Shown here in pieces: positions 31,480 through 40,280 of a stretch of 64,000 bases of DNA. Location of the stretch: assembly GCA_000002435.2 (NCBI GenBank), contig CM018793.1; one strand, given 5' to 3'. Position 1 is the first letter of the stretch, and the number at the start of each line of letters is the position of its first letter. Position numbers and translations under genes: made by a program. This DNA comes from Giardia intestinalis (lineage: Eukaryota). Under the pieces are notes generated by a model. It was not told where the DNA came from, ran no database searches, and was given only the letters and a program-made list of their open reading frames with translations.

Positions 31480-32362
31480 TTTTGATTTAGGGAAGGATCG
31501 GCAGGTTGAGTTTCAACGCTCTGCTTTTTGCCTCAGTGATTTTACCGTGCGATTAATCTACTCTGCACAGTTAGCTAGTGGTACATTAATGTAGGTTTAT
31601 CTGATTTCCTAGAAGATAGGATTCTATTGACCTCGAATAAACTGATAGCAAGGTTGACTCCTTCAGGTCATAATAGTCTACGTGTCATAAGGATGTGTCA
31701 GCTATGCACTCATAGATTGCTGAGCAATACATATGACACCAGACAGACATCTTTACACACCCTTTAGTCGGGTTGTCAGCTATTAACAAGATCAATCTCT
31801 AAGTAAATACGATTATGTACTTACTACCATTATACGCTACATTGCTACTAGGTGCACAATACGTTATCTATGAGTGGATTCAGTCCTTGACAATATTGAA
31901 ATTCAGATACAGTAGCAGTTGCCACACGCAGTCGTAGGATCGTGATTACCCTAGATACAACAATGTGCTTGTCAAATTACTGGCTCTTCTCACAGAAATG
32001 ACTTGTTGGATGTTGAGCTTGTTATCTGCGCGACAAAGTTAGGTTAGTGGAAATAACACTAGCGCAATTAATGATCCCAGCGATATCTAAGCGCATTAAT
32101 GAGTAGAAACAAGCCACTTTAGCCATTACCTAGGCTTAAACCCTTTATTCTAGGGCTCCCAGGCGAGACGTGCTGATACAGAGCTTACCTTAAAGTAAAC
32201 ATGGTTAGGTATTTTACAACGGCTTCAACAGATATGTAGAAAGCAATAGTTTAATTCTATTACTTTAATCTATTCGTACCATTTCAAACTCCGACCGTAG
32301 CCGATGAATATCTCACCAGCAAACAGACAGAGTCCAGAGCATGAGAGGAAGATTCACTAGGG

Positions 32363-33250
32363 TTACATGACGTGCCAGAGGACGCAGCAGGCCTCGGCGA
32401 GGTTCTTGGACATCGTGGCTCGGATGTCCTTGGCTAAGTTGCCGTAGTGGGCGTAGAGGACCTTGCACTGCTCCGCCTGATCGTAGAGCATCCCGGTGAT
32501 GCGGCAGCAGCGGTCGGTGTCGCCCTTCTTCTGGCAAGCCAGGCTCAGGAGGTAGGCGGCGCCTCGGGCGGGGCAGTGGAGCGTCGCGTTGCAGCAGCAG
32601 AGCGCGAGCTCGTCGTCGCCCTTGTAGGCCTCGATGAGGGCCTGCTCGATCGTCTTCTTGGCGATGCTCTCGAACGCCTCGGAGATCTGCTTCCACTCGC
32701 TGGGGACGGTCGTGCCGAGGAGGCGGATGACCGTGTCCGTGTCCGGGTGCTTGACGCCGATCAGCGCGGCCTTCAGGGCCTCTGCATCACCCTGGGCGTT
32801 GTTGCGGGCAGACCTGCAGAAGGCAAGCCAGGAGTTCACCATGCGGGCCCAGACGGTCTTGGAGCCGATCTCCTTCCTGAGCGTGGACTCGAAGTCGTCC
32901 CCGAAGAGCTGGTGGTACCTGTCCTTGACCCTTGCGTAGACCTCGGGGGTCGTCGTCAGGAGCGCGTCCGTGAGGCACCTCTCGTCGTTCCCGCCCTTGA
33001 AGGCCTTCTTGATCAGCTTGCAGCGGACGTCGATCTCGTCGTCGAGGACGATCATCATGAGGTCCTTGTAGTCCCCGTTCTTGAACAAGGCGTCGAGGTA
33101 CTCGGAGGCCGTCTTCCCGTTGGCCGCCCTGAACGCGGCGTAGATCTCGGCGCGCTGCCTGTCGTCGAAGTCGGCGACGCTCCTCGCAAGCCCGTCCATG
33201 TCCTTGGCGTCGATGAGCGCCTTGATCTCGGTAGCCTTTGCCGCAGCCAT
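32363..33250 (-). CDS. alpha-giardin (annexin-like cytoskeletal protein), paralogue undetermined
   Basis: The track ORF (32363..33604) is 413 aa, but annexin-like sequence starts at the internal Met MAAAKATEIKALIDAKDMDGLARSVADFDDRQRAEIYAAFRAANGK... (ATG at 33250, preceded by an AAAATTAAAA initiator). This gives ~296 aa, the alpha-giardin size. It has four annexin-repeat-like segments, with motifs such as KALIDAKD, IKKAFKGG and ALIEAYKGDDE comparable to alpha-1 giardin. High GC3. Confidence 0.8.
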   Translation of the reverse strand: MAAAKATEIKALIDAKDMDGLARSVADFDDRQRAEIYAAFRAANGKTASEYLDALFKNGDYKDLMMIVLDDEIDVRCKLIKKAFKGGNDERCLTDALLTTTPEVYARVKDRYHQLFGDDFESTLRKEIGSKTVWARMVNSWLAFCRSARNNAQGDAEALKAALIGVKHPDTDTVIRLLGTTVPSEWKQISEAFESIAKKTIEQALIEAYKGDDELALCCCNATLHCPARGAAYLLSLACQKKGDTDRCCRITGMLYDQAEQCKVLYAHYGNLAKDIRATMSKNLAEACCVLWHVM

Positions 33251-35829
33251 TTTTAATTTTGCCGAGCTGTTTCTCGCCGCATGCGGACGGCAGAGGTCGG
33301 GCCAGTAGATGGAGCGCCCCTTATCGCACCGGGCTGTGGTGCGTGGACGGGGCGAGTATGTCAATCCTGCTCGGGTGCATGCTGCGACAGTCGAAGACGA
33401 GGGTCTATGTTTCCACACATAAGGGAAGCAACAATTGAGTGCTGCAGCGCGCCCGGCCGCCTGTGCCGTGGCACCCCTGAGAAGGTGCTGCCCGACGATC
33501 ATGGCCAGCCCGTAGGCTAGTCGACACATCGTGGAAGCAACAGAACGTGAGAAGCATGAAAGGCCGGTCCATGGCACGAACCAGGATGCAGATGCTCCGT
33601 GCATCGGGGGATGGCACGCTGGCCTCGCGGCGGCAGAGCCGTCATCTGATCACTCATTTACTCTCCGCTTCACCGGGGCGGGGTTGTCCCCTGCTACCTG
33701 ACCAGGTCCTCCATGCGAGCCACCGCCGCCCCGGACAAGCCACTCCCCCCATGCACCGGCCGAGATCCAGAATCCGAAATCAGAAGGTCAGATGTCGTCC
33801 AGCTCCGACGGGGAGGATTGTGCCTCCTCCTCCAGGGTGGTAACGAATGCAGATGAGCGTCCGAGGCTGGTGGTGGGATCAGCCTCTCACACGCTAAGCT
33901 GACGCTCACCAGGATCATTGCCCGCTGGTCGAGATGGACCCACACGTGACCCATGTAAATCCCTCGACAAGAAATAGGAGTTGGGGTGCTTGGCTGGCAG
34001 AGGTGGACTGATCCTGCCCGCACCGGAGAGTAGTGGCCTGGGCCACCTGCCGGGTGTCTGCCACAGCAGTTGGCAGTGCCTGACACCCTCGAGTAGACAG
34101 GTGTCGTCTGCCGAGCAAGCCGACTTCGGTGAGCCAGTCCTAATCGCTCTTGGTGCCTCAGACGACGCCTCTCAGAGAGGTGGCCCTGGACCGACGCCTC
34201 GACAGACCGAAGCATCACCCCAAGTGTGTTGTGCAGTGCAGATGGAGCCCACACGTCACTGAGCCAGACACACTGCACAGAATGAGCGTCGACACGGTCT
34301 CGTGCTGGGTGACGGAGCACCTGCAAGAGCGCCCTGCGATCCATGAGCAGAGGGCCATACTTCTCCCCGACACAACACATGGGAGTACTCCATCGACATC
34401 CACGAATGCGTACCACAACCTCAAGATGGAGGCGTACGTGGAGCGCACCCTCCGATCATACTCGAGACTGATGGTATAATCCACGAGGAGACGAAGAGGC
34501 ACCCGAGGAACGGGGTAGACACCCGGGGTCGTGGCGTGCGATCTTCGTCATGGAGCACCAGGGCCCGGGCCACGTGGAGACCAGATCGCCGCGACAAACG
34601 CAAGGCCCTGAATAACGGGTGCCCACCAGTGCCAGACGATAGTTGACCCCGATGGGCCAGAGGAAGGGGGAACCCTAGAGGTAACGTGAGGAGCAGCGGC
34701 TTCCGGGGGACGGGGCACAGAGTCTTCTCCTGTCGGGATCGAGGGCATCTGATCTTCGGACTCTGGATTTTGATCTCAGCTGGTACACGAGCGAGAGATA
34801 CCCGCTTGCCCAGGACGGCAGTGGCTCGCACGGGAAATCACTCAGGTAGCGGGTGAGCCGTCATCTGAGCTCCCGGTCGACAGACTGCCTGGCCAGTACT
34901 GATATTATATGCCGCCCCATACATTATGCATTGAGAGAGTGGTACTGCACGAGGACGCAGTGGGGCGTCTTCTTCCTTGCTCTGGAGCCAACACCTGTTC
35001 ACTGTGAGGGCGCGGATGCTCAGAGCTTCCAGGGTCGTCTACATGTGCTGGTGAGACCGGGCGGGTAGCCTTCTGGCATTAGAGGCCTGCACAGGCCAAC
35101 AGGTCCCCTCCTTTGGTTCATGAGCCATGCACCGACGCTTTTCGAGAGGCGACCCGCTCCAAGCCAGGGAACTGCGGCGGAGCGTCCTTGTAGCCTGTTT
35201 GCTGAGGCGCTTCTTATCCCCATGATCACAGAGCTAGAGAAGGCAAGCCATACTCCCCGCTCGAAGCTCTGGGGGTAGAACACCAGTCACCAGACATGGC
35301 CACGGCCACAGCTGTTCTGGCGCCTATTCTATGGGCGCCGCCACACATGTCCTCGCTCTGTGCGCAGTAGCGGCCCAGTACACAAGGGCCTAAAGTAGGA
35401 ATGCCCCAGAGACTGCCGAGATAGCTCTTGGGGTCCTGTCTTCGGGTCCATCTCTGTCTTGATACTAGTGATGCTAGGGACAGAGCCGAGGAGGAAGCGC
35501 TTTACTGGGCTTGCTTCATCTTCTGATTTTTTCGGGTCTTGAGGAGTTGATCAAGCAGCAATAGACCGCGCCAACGAGCGAGCATCGCAGCGTCTGGCAG
35601 TAAGCAGCTCCAGCCCCTGACGCGTCTACTATCGGGTGGCCCGCCGCTCTCAAGTATTTGCAGCAACGACAGCAATAGGCAATCGCCGGCCTCTTTCGCG
35701 CGCACACCCTAGAGTGGCTTCTCAGAGGCACCCTCTGCGGCGTCCTTGCGCAGCAGTGGGCAGGGTCTCGGCAAGCTCTGCCTGCTAGGACGGTCGGGGC
35801 GTCTTCTCGGAGACTGATGGCCAGCTACC

Positions 35830-38139
35830 GTGGACACGCAGGAAGTCGTCTGTAGTGGTCTAAGCATCGGTATCGAACTCCACGTTAGAAGTCACCGCTT
35901 AGCGGGCCGGAACCGTGAGAGAGGGCCCCGCAAATGCATGTTGTTCCGCCCCACAACCCGCCATCGGTTGGCAGCCTTAATGTTCGGCAGATTTTTGCTC
36001 GCGGGCGCCATTCTTCAGCTGGCACGGGCTGCGTGTGAAGAGGACAAAACCTCAACTGATGGAAAGTGTAAAACATGCGGGGTCACCATCGGCCAAGACA
36101 CTTGGTGCTCAGTTTGCATAGGAGAAAACTATGCGCCCATCAACGGAACATGCGCCGATATAACAACTGACTCTGTGGGCTCTGTCTTTTGCACCCAAAA
36201 GGCCGGCGGCGTTTGTACACAGTGTGCTGGGAACTCCTTTATGTTTGCAGGCGGCTGCTATTCCTCTTCGGAGGGTCTTCCCGGTTATAACTTGTGCTTA
36301 CGATCTGCTGGCAATGGCGTATGCGCAGAGGCTGCCCCAGGGTACTTCATTCCAGGCGAGACGGCTGCCACCAAGCCGTCGGTTATATCATGCAGCGACA
36401 AAACTGGACTGCTTATTACAGCACATACTTATAAGGGAGTGGAATTTTGTGAAGAGTGCAGCGGCTCGGAGCTGACCAGTGGCCAAGATGGAACCGCTAA
36501 GTGCACCAAGTGTGGAGCCAGCAAGTATCTCAAGGATAATGCGTGCGTGGACAACGCCGAGGCGTGCGGGAAGGGATACTTTGGTAAGCCAGATGCAGCA
36601 GCGGGTAATAAGTGCATTGCTTGTACAGATCAGTCCGACGGTGGCACGGCTGGGTGCGCCGAGTGCATGTATGACTCTAACACAAGGAAGGCCATTTGCA
36701 CAAAATGCACCACCGATTACCTCAGAAAGAAAGCAGATGGCACCACAGAGTGTGTGGCGGCGAATGAGTGCGACGATACTCAGAAAGGCTTTTATAAGGT
36801 GGTCGACTCCACAAATGGAAATAAGTGTGTATCGTGTGCCGACGGAGCCGGGCTCGCTGTCGGGACCGATGGGGCTTGGAAGGGTGTCGACGGATGTGCC
36901 AAGTGTATCAAGCCGGCAGATATAAACACACCCACAAAGTGCGACGAGTGCAAGCCGGGATATGAGATAAGTACAGACAAAACAAAATGCACAAGCACTG
37001 CACCACCGGACTGTCCAATCGAGAATTGCAAAGTGTGCTCCGAGGATAAGAGAGCCTGCGAGGAGTGCAATAGCAACAATTATCTTACCCCAACAAGAAT
37101 GTGCATAGATGACTGTAAAAAGATTGGAAACTACTATTATACCAGCAATGCTAACAATAAGCTGATCTGCAAGGAATGTGCTGTGGCTAATTGCAAGGAA
37201 TGCGAGAACACTGGGACTTGTAAGACGTGTGACGATGGATTTTACAAGAGTAGCGAAGAATGCAAGGCATGCGACTCCAACTGCAAAACATGTAATGGAG
37301 GAACTAGTGCCGATTGTACCAAGTGTCTTAGCGGAGCGGTACTCAAATATGGGAATGATGGCACTAAAGGCACATGCGGAGCTGGATGCGCAACGGGCAC
37401 AGGAGCAGGAGCATGCAAGACGTGCGGCCTAATTATTGACGGGACGAGCTATTGCTCAGAGTGTGCTGTCGAGACAGAATACCCCCAGGGTGGCGTCTGT
37501 AGCTCAACAACTGTCCGTGCTGCAGCCACTTGTAAGGCTGGAAGCGTTGCCAAGGGTATGTGTAATTCATGCACCAACGGATTCCTTCGTATGAATGGAG
37601 GCTGTTATGAGACAACCAAGTTCCCTGGAAAGAGCGTCTGTGAGGAAGCAGCATCGGCTGGGGATACCTGCCAAAAAGAGGCCCCAGGCTATCATCTTAA
37701 TAACAATGACCTTGTGACTTGCTCGCCTGGATGTAAGACGTGCACTAGTAACACTGTGTGTACTGCATGCATGGAGGGATATGTGAAAACTAGCGATTCG
37801 TGCGCAAAGTGTGCCGCTGGTTGTGCTACATGTACAGGGTCCACCACAGCTTGCGACACTTGCAGCACTGGGTACTACAAATCTGGGACTACCTGTGTGT
37901 CTTGCACGGAAAGCAACAGTGATAAGACTATCACCGGCGTCGCCAACTGCGCTAGCTGCGCTCCTCCACTCAACAATAAAGGGTCTGTCCTCTGCTACCT
38001 CATAAAGGATAGCGGTAGCACCAACAAAAGTGGTCTCAGCGCGGGCGCCATCGCGGGCATCTCCGTCGCAGTCATCATTGTTGTCGGCGGTCTTGTTGGG
38101 TTCCTCTGCTGGTGGTTTATGTGCAGAGGAAAAGCGTAG
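35830..38139 (+). CDS. vsp: variant-specific surface protein (VSP), copy 1
   Basis: Ends ...GFLCWWFMCRGKA*, the invariant Giardia VSP TM plus CRGKA tail. It has multiple CXXC motifs, GGCY motifs (FAGGCYSS, NGGCYETT) and a signal-like MFGRFLLAGAILQLARAA. The probable true start is the internal ATG at 35980 (or 35938), because the track ORF carries a non-signal N-terminal extension. The canonical polyadenylation signal AGTAAAT lies 13 nt after the stop. Confidence 0.9.
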   Translation: MDTQEVVCSGLSIGIELHVRSHRLAGRNRERGPRKCMLFRPTTRHRLAALMFGRFLLAGAILQLARAACEEDKTSTDGKCKTCGVTIGQDTWCSVCIGENYAPINGTCADITTDSVGSVFCTQKAGGVCTQCAGNSFMFAGGCYSSSEGLPGYNLCLRSAGNGVCAEAAPGYFIPGETAATKPSVISCSDKTGLLITAHTYKGVEFCEECSGSELTSGQDGTAKCTKCGASKYLKDNACVDNAEACGKGYFGKPDAAAGNKCIACTDQSDGGTAGCAECMYDSNTRKAICTKCTTDYLRKKADGTTECVAANECDDTQKGFYKVVDSTNGNKCVSCADGAGLAVGTDGAWKGVDGCAKCIKPADINTPTKCDECKPGYEISTDKTKCTSTAPPDCPIENCKVCSEDKRACEECNSNNYLTPTRMCIDDCKKIGNYYYTSNANNKLICKECAVANCKECENTGTCKTCDDGFYKSSEECKACDSNCKTCNGGTSADCTKCLSGAVLKYGNDGTKGTCGAGCATGTGAGACKTCGLIIDGTSYCSECAVETEYPQGGVCSSTTVRAAATCKAGSVAKGMCNSCTNGFLRMNGGCYETTKFPGKSVCEEAASAGDTCQKEAPGYHLNNNDLVTCSPGCKTCTSNTVCTACMEGYVKTSDSCAKCAAGCATCTGSTTACDTCSTGYYKSGTTCVSCTESNSDKTITGVANCASCAPPLNNKGSVLCYLIKDSGSTNKSGLSAGAIAGISVAVIIVVGGLVGFLCWWFMCRGKA

Positions 38140-38151
38140 ATGTACTTAGGT

Positions 38152-38158
38152 AGTAAAT
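38152..38158 (+). promoter_or_regulatory. Giardia polyadenylation signal AGTAAAT (AGTPuAAPy) downstream of VSP copy 1
   Basis: AGTAAAT begins 13 nt after the TAG stop at 38137-38139. The mirror copy lies at 40810-40816 on the minus strand, downstream of VSP copy 2. Confidence 0.7.
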
Positions 38159-38687
38159 ACGTCACTGTATAAGCCTATCACTCCTGTTTCCAGGGCCTCG
38201 CCTGTAGGTGCATTCAAGGATCTCACGGGCAATTCTTATTCAATTTCTGGCCGTCCGGAGATGAGGGTTGGTTTTGGATAACATAACGAGAGAGTCCTCT
38301 CCAGTGATATATCCAGAGCCTAGCGCCTTCCCTGGTCGCTCTGTGGGTGTGTGCTCAGACCGAATGCGTACTTCGGTCCTTTCGGGGTTCAGGCCTTCTT
38401 ACGGACTCTCTGGTCCACCAGTGGCGCCTCTTCTTGGTCTTCCTTCGTGGCGGGTGAAGCTCCGGTCGCTGTCTTTTTTAGATGCCCCGTCCGCCAGGGG
38501 CTGCCATCGGGCTCTCCGCTGGCTGGGCCCTCGGTGTCCGGGCAGCTGTGGCTCGAGTCAGTGCTCCCACGGTCGCGGTCACGTAGGTCTCAGTGGGCCG
38601 GCTGGTGGGTGAGGCAGGGGTATGGGGCGGTGAGGCTGGTGGGGACTGGTGGGGGCTGAGGTGGGGGGTGTCTGTATGTGCCTCTGG

Positions 38688-40280
38688 TCCCTCGATAGAC
38701 TGGGGTGATCATAGCTGTGGTGACTGGGGGCTGTCCATCTGTGACTCACCCCTCTGTGTGCTCGTGGTCTGTGAGTGCCTCCACCCAGACAACCCTCAGG
38801 AGCCGTGCACACCAGACAGAGAGGATGACCAAGGGGAGTCAAGTATCCCTGCCATGAGGGTGCACAGCAGCCAGCCTGGGCTGCATGGCCTGCTCAAGCG
38901 ATGTAGTGACAGACGACTCCCTCTGACAGCGACCCTGGTGACTGCACTGGTCTGCTCTCGAGGCTGAGTGGCAGTGTGCACAGACGGACCTGAGTCCAGG
39001 AGGGCCATCCACACACGGACAGACTGTGTGGACCCAGAGAGGACTGGAGTCTGCTCGGGACACGCTGACTGTAGACCTCATGCGAGAGCCCCAGACAGCC
39101 ACCCGAGAGGCAGTGACAGACACGGGCACCAGAGATCCCTAGCCAGACACATTGCTATGCTCATCCACAGGGGCATCAGAGGGCCAGGTGGAGTCACCCT
39201 CACAGTCAGGGCCTGGTAGGAAGCCAGAGGACTCACGCAGCACAGCAGAGCAGGCCCAAGGGAGGCACACTCCAGGCAGGTGAGCAGTGGCAGAGCCCTG
39301 ACAGCTGCCAGCCCCCATGACACCCAGGCAGGCACGACTCACCGAAGACTCTGCTGGCCTCGACTGCCTCTATCAATGACCCGAGGGGGCAGCAGCCAGA
39401 GGAGTGAGGAGGCCTTCGGATGACACAAGAGGCCCGGCTGTCCAGCAGACGATGGAGCACAGGTGGCCTCTGAGCACCACAAAGGCACAGGAGCCGACCA
39501 TCAGAGTGATGCCCGATCACAGAGACGACCACGAGCACCCTCCACCGCACTCTGAGGGGCTGTCGATCATTCCACTGCCTCTCATAGCAGACCTCCTTGA
39601 GGGCAGTGCAGTGAGTGACTCAGCTCATGCAGGAGGGTGCACGCCTCCCTCAGTATAGGGTGCCCCGACTCTCCCCGAGAAGTCATCAGAGCCACGAGGA
39701 GGGGTCAAGGTCCTGGTGGACCACATCGGGAACTCCTCGAGGGCACAGCAGGTGAGGTATGGGTAACCATCAGCGTGCTCCTCTCTGCATGATAGAGCAT
39801 CCTGAGACCAAGGAGGATCACCTCTGCCTACGGACGACACACAGCGCTCCACAACGAGGACCCACCAGGAGCAGCACAGCTGACCACGGAGACAGTGCAG
39901 TCACTGGTGCCCCACCATGCCAGTCTTCTGAGCCATCACACTAGAGGCACGAGAGAACCCCATCCCATCCACAGGGTCATCCACACCCCTGCTGGTCCCA
40001 GGTGAACTACCCTCGTCGAGGCACCGGACAGGGCATGCCAGGGGGCTCAGCAGACACGCACAGAGCAACAGGAGAGGCTGCGATGGCCTGCCTCAGTCCT
40101 CACGTACCGGCCAGGCAGAGAGGCAGTACTGCCCGAGGCATGCAGGGGCCAGGGAGGCACTCAGTCAGGGGGACACGACACGATCGTCGGTGCCTGTGTC
40201 TTGGAGTGCAACGAAGGCTGGGGATCAGACACAACCACCTTAGCAAACAGAGCGGGGATCACCCCAATGACCCACCGAAC
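38688..40280. other. unique non-palindromic spacer between the inverted-repeat arms, non-coding, strongly T-depleted on the + strand
   Basis: No ORF longer than ~160 aa and no recognisable protein. Reverse-complement comparison across the symmetry centre (39484) shows no self-complementarity. Many 60-nt lines contain only 3-7 T (about 5-12%). Confidence 0.7.

Larger units (their letters stand above)
33438..38687. repeat. left arm of a large inverted repeat (~5.25 kb), apparently identical to 40281-45530
   Basis: Every six-frame ORF in 33438-38687 has an identical-protein mirror ORF at coordinate (78968 − x), for example 33694..34416(−) equals 44552..45274(+) and 35830..38139(+) equals 40829..43138(−). 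Boundaries were checked by base-by-base reverse-complement comparison: the outer boundary is 33438/45530, and the inner boundary is ~38687/40281 with a short degenerate tail. Confidence 0.9.

Noticed and set aside
32447-33256. 269-aa + strand ORF (and several others) overlapping alpha-giardin in antisense
   Set aside because: Composition is Gly/Ala/Arg/Val-rich, typical of the antisense frame of a high-GC3 gene. The sense strand encodes a clear annexin/alpha-giardin.
33251-33604. N-terminal 118-codon extension of the alpha-giardin ORF in the track
   Set aside because: The extension is non-annexin, Cys/Arg-rich sequence that runs into the inverted repeat. Annexin similarity and an AT-rich initiator start at the internal ATG 33250.
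33438-35829. Hypothesis that the GC-rich repeat arms contain rDNA or a GilM/GilT/GilD non-LTR retrotransposon
   Set aside because: No SSU/LSU landmark sequences. No ORF with RT (YADD/FADD) or endonuclease motifs. The ORFs there are short and low-complexity. It remains unexplained rather than assigned.
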